A DNA stretch of 64,000 nucleotides, taken from contig CAKKNE010000004.1 of NCBI GenBank assembly GCA_918797485.1, positions 248,001 through 312,000 of the forward strand, read 5' to 3'. The notes under the pieces were generated by a model. The model was given only the letters and a program-made list of their open reading frames with translations, was not told the DNA's origin and searched no databases. Shown here in pieces: positions 54,547 to 64,000 of the stretch. How positions within the stretch are numbered: the stretch's first letter is position 1; the number at the start of each line of letters is the position of its first letter. A program made the position numbers and the translations under genes. Source of the DNA: Pelagomonas calceolata. Taxonomy: Eukaryota.

Positions 54547-54803
54547 TCAGTTTGCGGGCGCCGACGCCGCAAGACGCCATACAGCAGGAACTGTACCGGG
54601 TGGGTGGCAGAAAGTAGCTATCGTTCAGCCACTTCGGCACGAGCTTGTCTTCAGCGGCACACGCGACGCCACCGTAGAGCAACAGCTAGCTCCGCCAGCG
54701 GGAGCGGAGCGACGCGAGGCACCGAGTGCGCGCGAGGCGCACCGGACACCGATAAAAAACGAGGCGTTCCCACACGCACCCCGCGCCGCAGCAGGGGGGG
54801 ACC

Positions 54804-56072
54804 ATGGCGTCGCGGCGGCGCGGCGGCGGCAACTCGAATCGTTTTGGCGGAGGCCGAAGCAATAACAACAACTTCGGAGGGAGCAGGAACCGGAACCAGC
54901 AGCAGCAGCAGAACCAGGGCGGCCACGAGCAGCCCGACGCGCGGCTGTGCAAGTTCTTTTTGCTGGGCGGGGCGCAGCAGTGCCAGAGCGGCCATAAAAG
55001 TGGAGGCTGCCAGTTCGCGCATTCTTTACAACGGGTCGCCGACGTGTTGGTGGCGAAGAACACGGGCCAGAGAGGTCGGGGCGGGTCAGCTTCAAACGCC
55101 GTGACGGCCGTCTGCTCGCATAAAGACGAAAGTGGCGGAGTCAGAGTCTTTACGGGTACGAAAGACGGCCACTGGCGCATGTGGAACGCTTTGAGTTGGC
55201 AATTGGAGCAGGACGTGGCCATGGAGGGCGAGGTCCACGCTCTCGAGGTTGCTGCGGGTTTCCTGGTTTGCGGTTATGAAGGGCCCACACCTACTCTGCC
55301 TGGAGTTACGGTCGGCTTGGTGCGGGCCTGGAACCTCGCGAACCCCGCGACGCCCTACGACTTCCATATTAGTACAGAAATGCCCTTCGCTCATTTACAG
55401 AGGACTTACTCCGTCCAGCTGAAAATTGATGCCTCTCCAGAGGTCTACACCGGTTCGCACGACGGCGCGATCCACTGCTGGGGCTTCGATGCCGCTCAAA
55501 ATAAATTTCATTTGAAGCAGAAGCTCGAGGGCCACGTGCTTGGGGTCACTTCCTTATCGCTATTCACGTCCGGAGGAACATTTTTATTGAGTGGTAGTAT
55601 GGACCGGAGTGTCAGAGTCTGGTCCGTGGACAGCGACCCGAAGGCCTGCCAGGGTCTACTGACGAAGAACAACTCGGGCCATTCAGATGTGGTGACGTCG
55701 GTGACCACCCTGTCGATGGGTGAAGCGCAATATTTCCTCACTGGTTCCATGGACCGGCACGTCAAGGTCTGGAACTCTTCCGGGGGTTGTGACCACGACC
55801 AACAATGTGGTGGGCCCGTGCTTTCGCTTTGTACGACGGTGGATCCCGGCCAGAAACAGATCGTGCTCGTTGGTTTAGTTGATGGTACCATAGAACTGAG
55901 GCAGCCGGACCTGGGCTTTCGGTTGCGGGCCACGCTCAGTAATAGGTTCAGCGTGGGCCACCCGGACCAGCTCAAGGCGTTGTGCGCCGGCGACGGCTAC
56001 TTTTGTAGCGGCGGCGCTGACGCGAAGCTGATGGTCTGGCAGTGGGTCGGGCCGCTGCCGCCGGGGCGCTGA
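54804..56072 (+). CDS. CCCH zinc finger plus WD40 protein (ZFWD-like)
   Basis: LCKFFL...C...CQFAH followed by WD40 repeats (LSGSMDRSVRVW, TGSMDRHVKVW). Confidence 0.85.
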   Translation: MASRRRGGGNSNRFGGGRSNNNNFGGSRNRNQQQQQNQGGHEQPDARLCKFFLLGGAQQCQSGHKSGGCQFAHSLQRVADVLVAKNTGQRGRGGSASNAVTAVCSHKDESGGVRVFTGTKDGHWRMWNALSWQLEQDVAMEGEVHALEVAAGFLVCGYEGPTPTLPGVTVGLVRAWNLANPATPYDFHISTEMPFAHLQRTYSVQLKIDASPEVYTGSHDGAIHCWGFDAAQNKFHLKQKLEGHVLGVTSLSLFTSGGTFLLSGSMDRSVRVWSVDSDPKACQGLLTKNNSGHSDVVTSVTTLSMGEAQYFLTGSMDRHVKVWNSSGGCDHDQQCGGPVLSLCTTVDPGQKQIVLVGLVDGTIELRQPDLGFRLRATLSNRFSVGHPDQLKALCAGDGYFCSGGADAKLMVWQWVGPLPPGR

Positions 56073-56154
56073 GGGGTGGTTTGGCGAGTAACGGGGGCAC
56101 TTTAGTTTTTCGTCGCGGCGATGGCGTGCTGTGGTGGGGTTAGTCTAGACGTAC

Positions 56155-56325
56155 TTATGATTCCTCGCGGGCGCGGAGGCTTGCTCGCGCGGCTGGCAAG
56201 ACCCATTCAATTTGCTCTGTGAGGGGATGTGTGCCGCCGAACACCCGCCGCGCGATCCGTCTCGCGTCCTCTAGCGTCGTCACGGCCTCGCGGAGATCGT
56301 CGAGGGTGGGGCCGGTGTCCTGGCA
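56155..56325 (-). pseudogene. 3' fragment of a TPR-like repeat gene, homologous to the end of the adjacent plus-strand fragment
   Basis: DTGPTLDDLREAVTTLEDARRIARRVFGGTHPLTE...*; no ATG start and no promoter palindrome. Confidence 0.7.
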
Positions 56326-56349
56326 CTGCCAGTGGCAGAGCACCCGCCC

Positions 56350-57143
56350 GTCACGTTTCGTGTCTGGCGGAACAGGCGAAGATTTTGGTCGCAGAGGCCC
56401 TGGAGAACAATTTGAGTGACAAGGCGTTGAATGAGAGGTGGGATCGGTGGCAGACGTGTAGCCTGTGCGGGCAAGACTATCACGGCGTCGTGGAGTGCGC
56501 GCTCGCGTGGGCGTGCTGGAAGACGTACGTGGGTCGGCCGGAGGGGGACCACCTGCGGTACCCTGCGATGACCCTGCTTGGCAACGGTTTATCCAATGCA
56601 GGCCACAGCGAGGAGGCGTTGTCCGTGTACGAGGCCGAGTTGTCTATGAAACGGCGCATTGGCGTATCAGAAGAAAGCATTCTTGTCACGCAGAGTAATC
56701 TTGCGGTCACGTACGAAAAAATTGGACGTCATGAGTGCGCCCTGCGCTTACGGCACGATGTATACTCCGGACGTGTTGGGCTCCACGGCGAGAAAGCGAC
56801 AGAGACCCTCGTACCGGCCTACAACTACGCGGTGTCCCTTAAAGACCTACAGCGCTTCGAAGAGGTCAAGTCGGTGCTCCGCAGAGCAATACCCGTGTCG
56901 CGACGCACTCTTGGAGAGGGGTGTGATTCCACGCTCTCGATGCGGTCGCTTTACGCGGAGGCGCTCTGCAGGGACCCCGGCGCCACACTCGACGATTTCC
57001 GCGAGGCCGTGGCGACGCTCGCGGAGATTGAACGGACCGCACGGCGCGTGTTCGGTGGCACGCACCCGCTCACAGAAGGGTTTGGGCACAATCTGTCCGA
57101 GGCTCGAGGCGCGCTCCGCGCCCGCGAAAGGCTAGACGCATAA
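56350..57143 (+). pseudogene. 5'-truncated RINGv-remnant plus TPR-like repeat gene
   Basis: Begins at HVSCLAEQAK...WQTCSLC (half RING), then MTLLGNGL, TQSNLAVTY, AYNYA repeats; ATG context and N-terminus missing. Confidence 0.65.
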
Positions 57144-57219
57144 GTATTCTACAAGACGCCACCCCGCAGACGACAAAGTTTAAATTCGATTGATCAATTT
57201 ACCCCACAGACACGCGTCG

Positions 57220-58911
57220 TCACCGGACCGGCCCCCCGGACGGATCGAAGCGCGAGTGCGGGTTCTCCTTCGACACGCCGTCGCGGAGCCACTGCGTCAC
57301 GACCCACTTCGACCCCTCCCTCACGGGGCAGCCGGAATGCTCCGTGTGCCAGTCCTCCATGAGGCCTTCGGAATCCGAACTCCGAAAGCTGAAGTAGACG
57401 GCCTGGCCCCTTTTGGGAACGACGTGCACGCCGGCGTTCGGAAAGGCCGTGCCGCCGCCGTCCGCCGCGGCGCAGTACATCAAGACGGTCGCTAACCTAC
57501 CACCACTGACGAAGGGCGTGCCGTCGCACGAGCCGTCGCAATGCAGCATGTACTGCTGGCCCGGGTTGTACTGGACCGCCATCAAATCTTCTTGCCCATC
57601 TAACTGTAATGTGTAATTTGAGAGGTGGTTCGCCATGGCCACGGACCGAGCTTTGAGCCTCGCTATCGGGTCGCTCAGGTCGCGCTCGTTCTTCCGACCG
57701 CCTTCGGGCCTCACGGTCGCCTGCTGGCTGTCGCGCGCTTTAGAAACATGGCTCAAATCGCCCTCGTGGGCGTGCGTCGCCCGCGCGAGTCGCGGCGTGG
57801 CCTGAGTCTGCACCGCATCGCACTCCTCATCGCTAATAAAATCATCAATAACGATAATCTGCGCATCTATACTTGAAGGATCAAATAAATAACGAATCGC
57901 CCGATCCGGTTCGGCGGGGCCCTTCTTGTCCGGTGCGGTACCGGCCCATATATCAGAAGTGTAAGGGTCATATTTCCAAATCTTCTCGACGACCGGCGAA
58001 TGGGGAGAGACGTCTTCGTGGTTTCTACAGGTCGCGTTCCGGACGTCGTGGCGCCGCGCCCGTGTGGCCTTTCGTAGCGTACCGATGGTACTCGTGAGGA
58101 ACACAGTCTCATGCGTCGCCTTGTCCCGCAAACACTCTCTAGCACCGTCGGGGCACGCTTCCGATAGATCCGTCTCCTTCGACGCCCGCTCGATGTCTCT
58201 ATAGAGCTTGGGCAGGTCCTCGCTGTACGCAGCACCCTTCGCGTCCGGATCAGGCGTCGCCTTCGGCGCGATTTTCAGGGCATGGTCGAACAAAAACTTC
58301 TCTATCGATAGTTCATCTCGTTTCGGGGCGAAGAACGTCTGCAATTCGTCAGAAACACATTGCACGGTAGCCTCACCACAAGTTGGTGCTCCATCTTCGT
58401 GCGTCGCACTACAAGCGTCCAAAGCACTTGCAACTGCTTTCTGGGCGTCGTGCGCCGGTCCTGTTCGAACGACCTCCCAGACGCCGTCGTTGTCGACGAT
58501 CGACACCGTTTCTCTATTATCAGCGACGGCGAAAATTGCCTTCAGCTCGCCGTTGTTCTTCTTCTTCCCTTCATTATTACAAGCGTTGGCACACGTAACC
58601 AACATATAACCCGGGTTCGCGGCGCACTCCCCCACAGAAGCCCAGAACTCGCAGCTTTCGTGTCCGTCCGGCTTTTCTACATATTTTTCTGCTGCGGCGT
58701 CGTAGACGATGAACTCGTGCGTCGCGAAGGAGTCGATGGACATGACGCTGCTATTTGTTAGTGGTTTCGCCTGCTGCGGGATCCTTTTTCGCGGCTCCGG
58801 GCCGGGCTGGAGCCACGCCACTATCACATCTCTTCCCACCAAATTCCTTACTGCTACTGGTACGCCGGCTAGGGTCGCTTGGAGGAGCGCTAGTATTGCT
58901 AGGGCGCGCAT
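57220..58911 (-). CDS. prolyl 4-hydroxylase alpha-like 2OG-Fe(II) dioxygenase with ShKT domain and signal peptide
   Basis: IDDFISDEEC, QYNPGQQYMLHCD, RLATVLMY, GGGTAFP, HSGCPVREGSKWVVTQW; CEFWASVGECAANPGYMLVTCANAC. Confidence 0.92.
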   Translation of the reverse strand: MRALAILALLQATLAGVPVAVRNLVGRDVIVAWLQPGPEPRKRIPQQAKPLTNSSVMSIDSFATHEFIVYDAAAEKYVEKPDGHESCEFWASVGECAANPGYMLVTCANACNNEGKKKNNGELKAIFAVADNRETVSIVDNDGVWEVVRTGPAHDAQKAVASALDACSATHEDGAPTCGEATVQCVSDELQTFFAPKRDELSIEKFLFDHALKIAPKATPDPDAKGAAYSEDLPKLYRDIERASKETDLSEACPDGARECLRDKATHETVFLTSTIGTLRKATRARRHDVRNATCRNHEDVSPHSPVVEKIWKYDPYTSDIWAGTAPDKKGPAEPDRAIRYLFDPSSIDAQIIVIDDFISDEECDAVQTQATPRLARATHAHEGDLSHVSKARDSQQATVRPEGGRKNERDLSDPIARLKARSVAMANHLSNYTLQLDGQEDLMAVQYNPGQQYMLHCDGSCDGTPFVSGGRLATVLMYCAAADGGGTAFPNAGVHVVPKRGQAVYFSFRSSDSEGLMEDWHTEHSGCPVREGSKWVVTQWLRDGVSKENPHSRFDPSGGPVR

Positions 58912-59116
58912 CGTTGTGTTGCCGCTGCGATGGCGTCCACGTGGGCTAGGCAGCCTCTCCCAGCTGCTTTGAGGCGTTTCAGTGTCCGTGCAGCCGCGTG
59001 TCGCTGCTGTGGGCTGCCAGGGACTTGTGGAACAGCTCTCACAGCAACGCTCTTGCTGTGAGCTCCGCTATCTTGTATAATAGCTGCGCCGACAAAATTT
59101 TCACAAAGGCTGAATT

Positions 59117-59138
59117 GCTAGTGTCTTACAGCCGCTAG
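59117..59138 (+). promoter_or_regulatory. promoter palindrome
   Basis: GCTAGTGTCTTACAGCCGCTAG, 206 nt upstream of the P4H gene. Confidence 0.7.
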
Positions 59139-59461
59139 ATAATGCATCTTGGCGACCCTTAGGAGCCGATGCGCTTTGATATATCCAGGCGCTTTAGGTC
59201 GAGAATTATTGGTAGCGTGTCTACGTACGGGTTGAACGATGGTCACGCCACGGCCCCACAAGGCGCTGGCAGTCGTTGTAACGACGTCCGCCGGCACCGG
59301 AAGAACTCGTCCATGGAGAGTGGCATTGCTCTCAGACGATTTTTTATTCTTCGGAGATCGACCAGTCGGATTCGCGCTTGAGTGAGCGCGCACAGATAGC
59401 GCCAAATCGTTTCAGTCTACCGCCGAAACGCCGCCAAAAAACGCAAAAATACCGATAAAAA

Positions 59462-59481
59462 CCTAGCGGTAAGACACTAGC
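59462..59481 (-). promoter_or_regulatory. promoter palindrome, short variant
   Basis: GCTAGTGTCTTACCGCTAGG, 207 nt upstream of ORF 59688. Confidence 0.65.
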
Positions 59482-59687
59482 AAGCTCTGCGATCCGGCGC
59501 CTTCTGGCTGCCCCGGACGCGTAGGGCCAGCTGGACGCGCGCCAGACACGTGCGGCAAGCGAGGAGGCGTCTGCCAGACACGAGTTCATTGGGGCTGCAA
59601 AGGGGCAGCGTAACGATTTCATACATTACACCTGCTGCCTGCTGCCTTGGCTGCGGCCAGGCTGCCAGCCACAGCCACACAGCATAG

Positions 59688-60167
59688 ATGGCCGTCTGCT
59701 GCTGCTTTCACCGGACACCGAAGAGCCGGCTTTGTAGCCTCCTATTCACATTGGCAATTGTCGTCGCGCTGCACGTGTTCGCGTTCTTCGCGAAATTCCA
59801 CGCCAGTCGGCAAGTGCACCATTGCAACAATTACGGCTGCGGGTCCAAGGAACATTTTTACCTAGCAGTCATCGTGATGTGTTTCGTCGCGGAGTTTCTT
59901 TATCTCCTCGCGTTTGCCTTCCCCAAGTACATTTGCCCGGTCGACCCCCGCGAAGAGCCGCCGACAATTCCGGCCACGAGCGACGAGGTCCGCGCGATCT
60001 ACCGACCGATGGCCGCGTGGTATCGGGCGCCGGCGCGCGACGCGCTGCGGAGGCATAACGGCGAGTTTCCGCCGACGTCCGAGGCGCTCTTGGCCTGGAA
60101 GTCGTTCGAAGCCGTGACGACGGCGTTCCTCGAAGATCAGCCTGCGGGCGCCGCCGCCCGAGTTTGA
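59688..60167 (+). CDS. hypothetical 2-TM membrane protein
   Basis: Two hydrophobic helices; promoter palindrome about 207 nt upstream. Confidence 0.6.
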   Translation: MAVCCCFHRTPKSRLCSLLFTLAIVVALHVFAFFAKFHASRQVHHCNNYGCGSKEHFYLAVIVMCFVAEFLYLLAFAFPKYICPVDPREEPPTIPATSDEVRAIYRPMAAWYRAPARDALRRHNGEFPPTSEALLAWKSFEAVTTAFLEDQPAGAAARV

Positions 60168-60209
60168 TACCGTTTCATGGCGTTCCGTCGCCTTCACTAC
60201 GTAAATTCA

Positions 60210-60629
60210 TTATTGCCTAGCCTCCGCCTTCAGCCGCTCCCGCAGGATCTCGACGATCGCCTTCTGCGTCCGCTTCCGGAGGACCTCGGCGCGCGGCTCG
60301 AGGTCGCGCTTCAGGTCCCAGTTCGGGTCGCGGGGCACGACGTTCAGCGCGCCCTCGGGCTCGTCCGCTTGAATGCGACTGAGCTCCGCGTCGAAGGCGC
60401 TCGGCGCCGGCGCCGGCGCCGCCGGCGTGTCTCCGTCGTCCTCGTCCGCAACCGGCGGCGGCGGCGGCGCCTGGAGCTCGGGGAGCGGCGGCGGCTCGAA
60501 GGCCGGGGCGAGTTCCTCGGACTGCGGCAGATAATTGCGGAACTTCAGCTTCTTCTCGCCGCCGACCTTGTCGTCGCGCGCGGCCCGCAAAGCCTTGAGC
60601 CTCGCTTTCCGCTCGGCGGCGGACTCCAT
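60210..60629 (-). CDS. CWF18: pre-mRNA splicing factor Cwf18/CCDC12
   Basis: AAERKARLKALR, LKFRNYLP, PRDPNWDLKRDLE...LRKRTQKAIVEILRER; ATG at 60629. Confidence 0.9.
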   Translation of the reverse strand: MESAAERKARLKALRAARDDKVGGEKKLKFRNYLPQSEELAPAFEPPPLPELQAPPPPPVADEDDGDTPAAPAPAPSAFDAELSRIQADEPEGALNVVPRDPNWDLKRDLEPRAEVLRKRTQKAIVEILRERLKAEARQ

Positions 60630-61116
60630 GCCTGCGTGAGCGGGGGACGTTAGGACGGCGCGGCAGGCGGTCGCTCCCGCGCCGTCAGACATATGCACCC
60701 CCGACAATTGGTCTCCCCCGCCTTTGACAACCGAGTAAGACCACAGAAAGGCCAAAAACGGATAACACTGGACGGGGTCTGCTGCTGTGCGGGCGCTCGG
60801 ATTAGCTTGGCCAGTACGATCACAACACATACAGTGTTCATATGACACGCATGAATGAAGTTGTGGGCATTTGTCTTCATCGCGCTTTTCGCAGCAGTGT
60901 TTTGGGGTGACGTCTTCTCTGGTTTGCGGACGCGGCGGCGCGCCGCGGCGACGGCGTGAGGCTGTGCTGCAGCAGTGGGCGAGCCGTCCGCGCCGGCCCG
61001 AGCGATGCGTGCAGTGCGCGGCAGCGCTTCAGAACGACGAATCAACGTATGCGGTCGCGCCTTGCGCAACAAAGCCCGTCGCGCCGGCGCTTTTTGGCAA
61101 TTATTTTTGGTGGCGA

Positions 61117-61139
61117 GCTAGCGGCCTGAAGACACTAGC
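61117..61139 (-). promoter_or_regulatory. promoter palindrome
   Basis: GCTAGTGTCTTCAGGCCGCTAGC between CWF18 and myosin (divergent). Confidence 0.7.
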
Positions 61140-61403
61140 AAAGCAGGCGAAAAATTGATCTGGTGCTTCGGACGCCAACGATAGCTATTGTTGGTCACCT
61201 CATGACTCCTGGGCCCCGCTTGAGTAGCCTCTACTCCAGTGTCTAGTGACTGAATTTCACACAAAATTTGGATGTAAGCGTCGAGCGCGCGGCGGAACCG
61301 ATGCAGCCCAGCCAGCAGCGATCGCCGTGAGCCGCCCACGCATACCTACGAAGCAGCCCCAGCAAGTAAAGGGCAGCCCGCGCACGGCTAGCACCGGAAG
61401 ACA

Positions 61404-64000
61404 ATGTCGGGCTGGGCCTCAGGCGAGAGATGCCTCGTGAAGGACCAGGACCACGGCTGGGCCACGGCCGTCGTCACGGGGTCGCAAGGTATTGGTTCGC
61501 AAGCGACGCTGAAGCTGCGACTGGACGACGGCGGCGTGCTGCTCGAGAGGCTCGGTAGCGACGTCGAACGCTTGACAAATGATAAAACACTGGAAGAAAC
61601 GGAGGACATGGCCGCGCTCGAGAACCTGAGCGAGGCGACGATGCTCGAGTGTTTGCGGCGGAGGTATCGGCGGGATCGCATTTATAGTTCTCTCGGAGGG
61701 GTGGTCGTCGCGATAAACCCGTTCCGGAAAATTGAGCGGTTGTATGACGATGGGTATGCGCGCTTCGGCGCCGGCGACGATGCGAATTTGTTGAAACCCC
61801 ACCCTTATGCTCTTGCTGAATCCGCTGTCCGAGGCGTCGTGAGAGATAGGACCTCCCAATCTTTGTTGGTGAGCGGCGAGAGTGGTGCGGGCAAGACAGA
61901 AACCGTAAAAATCATGCTCGGGTACATCGCCAAACGAAGTCATCGGGCCAAAGGCACGTCCGCCTCTCCGGGCGTCGACGATGCGTTAATTGCCGCCAAT
62001 CCTTTACTGGAGGCCTTCGCGAACGCGACCACGGTACGGAACGGCAACTCCAGTCGTTTTGGGAAGTTCGTGCGAGTCTTCGTCGATCGGCTGTCGGGGA
62101 CCGTTGCCAGCGCCACGGTCGACCACTACTTGCTGGAAAAAACGAGGTGCGTTTCACTGAATGAAGGCGAGCGGAACTTTCACGTTTTTTATCAATTAGT
62201 AGCGGATTCTCATTTGAGGGCGGACGACCGGCGTTTGTTAAATCTTGGGAATCGCGTTCACCCGCCGCGCGACCAGCCGGACGATTATCAAGAGACCCTG
62301 CGGTCGATGCGCGCTCTCTCGGTTCCGGAAGATGTGATCAAGGACATCTCATCGACTTTAAAAGGCATTTTAGCTGTCGGCGAGGCCCACTTCGAGAGCG
62401 TAGAAATCCCGGGCCAAGATGCGGGTAGCAGGATGGCCAACGTGACGAGTGACGCGTCGAAGTGTCTGGGCGTGGCGTCCGACGACTTGGCGGAAGCTTT
62501 TGTAGCGAGACGCGTCGCTGGTGTGCGCGTACCTAACAGCAGTAAGCAGGCCGAGGACGCCCGTGACGGGTTACTCAAAGCTTTGTATGCTAGGTTGTTC
62601 GACAAGATCGTAGCGTTGGTGAACAGCGCTCTGGGTGATGACAGTTCAAAGCCGAACATGGGGAAGGACGAACGGTTGTTCGTGGGGTTACTTGACATCT
62701 TTGGCTTTGAATCATTTGTTTCGAATAGTCTGGAGCAACTGTTAATTAACTACGCGAATGAACGGTTGCAAGCCCACTTCAACAACTTCGTCTTCGAGAC
62801 GGAGGCGAAGTTGTATACGCAGGAGGACATACCGGTACCCCCGACGGCCTATGTAGATAACGCCGGGGTCGTCGCATCTCTCGAAGATGGCGTGCTGCGG
62901 TTGTTGGACGAAGAATGCGCTTTACGGAGAGGTTCGGATCAACAGTTCGTGGCGAAATTGGATCGGGTCTCTGATGGGGATGTGCTAGCACCTTATAGGG
63001 GTACCGCGAGAACTGGAGGGGAACTCGTAGGGAGAGCCTTTATCATCTCTCATTTCGCGGGCAAGGTCACCTATACGACGGATGGCTTCGTGGCCAAGAA
63101 TAGAGATGCTCTCCCCGATGCGGGCGCGTCAACACTCGCCGCGTCCTCGAACCCGCTCGTAGCATCCCTCTTCGCAACATCGGTCGCTGTTGAGCGCAAA
63201 GGTGCTAGAGCGGCTAGACGAGGGAATAGACGAAGGGAGTGCGTCGCCAAGGCCTTCGGGAAATCACTAAAAGAGCTCACGCGGACGGTGGAGAGTACGA
63301 GACCGCAGTTCGTCCGCTGCGTGAAACCGAACGCCGACCAAGCGCCGGCGTCCTGGCGCGGCGCGCTGGTCTTGGAGCAATTAAGATATATGGGCCTCCT
63401 GCAAGTCGTCGAGGCTCGTAGAAGAGGCTACCCGCGACGGTACTCCTATGAAGCCTTTTTGAAAAGGTTCGGGAAACTCTGCGACATGACGCATTCTCCC
63501 AACCGGGAGGGCGCCGTGTGTTTGGTGGATGCTCTAGCGTCATCTTTATCTCTAGAGAGGGATGCCATTGTGGTCGGTCGTACGAAAGTGTTCCTAAGGG
63601 CAAGAGCGGAGGCTCTGATCGAAGGGGCACGGGACAAAGCCTTGCGCAAGTCGGCCCTCAAGGAGTTGGAAACGGCCATCGAGATGGAAAATGTGGATGC
63701 GTTGGAGGCGGCGGTCGCCATCGCTACCGAGTTGCGATTGGACGGGTCCGTGCTAGATAGAGCTAGAAGTAGAGTAGCGGTTCTGAGGTTCCGGAAGCAC
63801 ACCGCAAGCTTCAAGGAGGTCATGAAAGCTATACTGCCGGACATGCACCGCGACGTCTTGAAAGATATTTACAAGAATGCTTCTGTTTGTTTGGACGACG
63901 CCGCGCGTGTTGCGCAAGCGGAGACCACGGCGGCGTGGGCGATGGCCGCAGATATTGATACGTTTAAGCAGATCTTGCGGAGGTTGCGACGTAAATTGCG
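61404..64000 (+). CDS. myosin heavy chain (motor domain), partial; runs off the right edge
   Basis: Not in the ORF track. Translated from ATG 61404: SH3-like N-terminus, VAINPF, GESGAGKTET, AFANATTVRNGNSSRFGKF, ERNFHVFYQ, LLDIFGFESF, QFVRCVKPN, GRTKVFL. Confidence 0.95.
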   Translation, partial: MSGWASGERCLVKDQDHGWATAVVTGSQGIGSQATLKLRLDDGGVLLERLGSDVERLTNDKTLEETEDMAALENLSEATMLECLRRRYRRDRIYSSLGGVVVAINPFRKIERLYDDGYARFGAGDDANLLKPHPYALAESAVRGVVRDRTSQSLLVSGESGAGKTETVKIMLGYIAKRSHRAKGTSASPGVDDALIAANPLLEAFANATTVRNGNSSRFGKFVRVFVDRLSGTVASATVDHYLLEKTRCVSLNEGERNFHVFYQLVADSHLRADDRRLLNLGNRVHPPRDQPDDYQETLRSMRALSVPEDVIKDISSTLKGILAVGEAHFESVEIPGQDAGSRMANVTSDASKCLGVASDDLAEAFVARRVAGVRVPNSSKQAEDARDGLLKALYARLFDKIVALVNSALGDDSSKPNMGKDERLFVGLLDIFGFESFVSNSLEQLLINYANERLQAHFNNFVFETEAKLYTQEDIPVPPTAYVDNAGVVASLEDGVLRLLDEECALRRGSDQQFVAKLDRVSDGDVLAPYRGTARTGGELVGRAFIISHFAGKVTYTTDGFVAKNRDALPDAGASTLAASSNPLVASLFATSVAVERKGARAARRGNRRRECVAKAFGKSLKELTRTVESTRPQFVRCVKPNADQAPASWRGALVLEQLRYMGLLQVVEARRRGYPRRYSYEAFLKRFGKLCDMTHSPNREGAVCLVDALASSLSLERDAIVVGRTKVFLRARAEALIEGARDKALRKSALKELETAIEMENVDALEAAVAIATELRLDGSVLDRARSRVAVLRFRKHTASFKEVMKAILPDMHRDVLKDIYKNASVCLDDAARVAQAETTAAWAMAADIDTFKQILRRLRRKL

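Noticed and set aside
60705..60830. Two short hairpins with an ANANNA-like hinge suggesting an H/ACA snoRNA
   Set aside because: Stems are only ~6 bp and the geometry is poor; unsupported without a covariance-model search.
3539..61139. Dispersed 24-bp palindrome as a CRISPR repeat
   Set aside because: Copies are kilobases apart with whole genes between them; no regular spacers or cas genes; eukaryotic context.
1..64000. tRNA or rRNA genes
   Set aside because: No cloverleaf, A/B-box or conserved rRNA segments recognised by eye.

Overview
Gene-dense, GC-rich eukaryotic DNA with short intergenic regions and few introns. The gene set and introner-type introns suggest a pelagophyte alga (Pelagomonas/Aureococcus-like; inference). 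About 35 protein-coding loci are present, including argininosuccinate lyase, an HSPA13-like Hsp70, STRAP, SEC31, DBP5/DDX19, a cyclophilin, MPDU1, a prolyl 4-hydroxylase, CWF18, a myosin running off the right end, several glycosyltransferases and a tandem pair of Tudor/PHD/CXXC-like/RING chromatin proteins. Three non-coding systems stand out. (1) A ~24-bp quasi-palindrome, GCTAGTGTCTTACAGGCCGCTAGC, occurs ~20 times, always upstream of start codons and never in CDS or convergent intergenic gaps; it is a candidate (bi)directional core promoter element. (2) An introner family (TIR CTGTGTGGAAATC...GATTTCCACACAG, 8-bp TSD) creates GT-AG and GC-AG introns in both orientations, including an intron present in only one of two tandem paralogues. 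(3) An unrelated intact 276-bp hAT-like MITE has perfect 16-bp TIRs and an 8-bp TSD. No rRNA, tRNA, CRISPR array or transposase was recognised. All coordinates and splice sites were read by eye.
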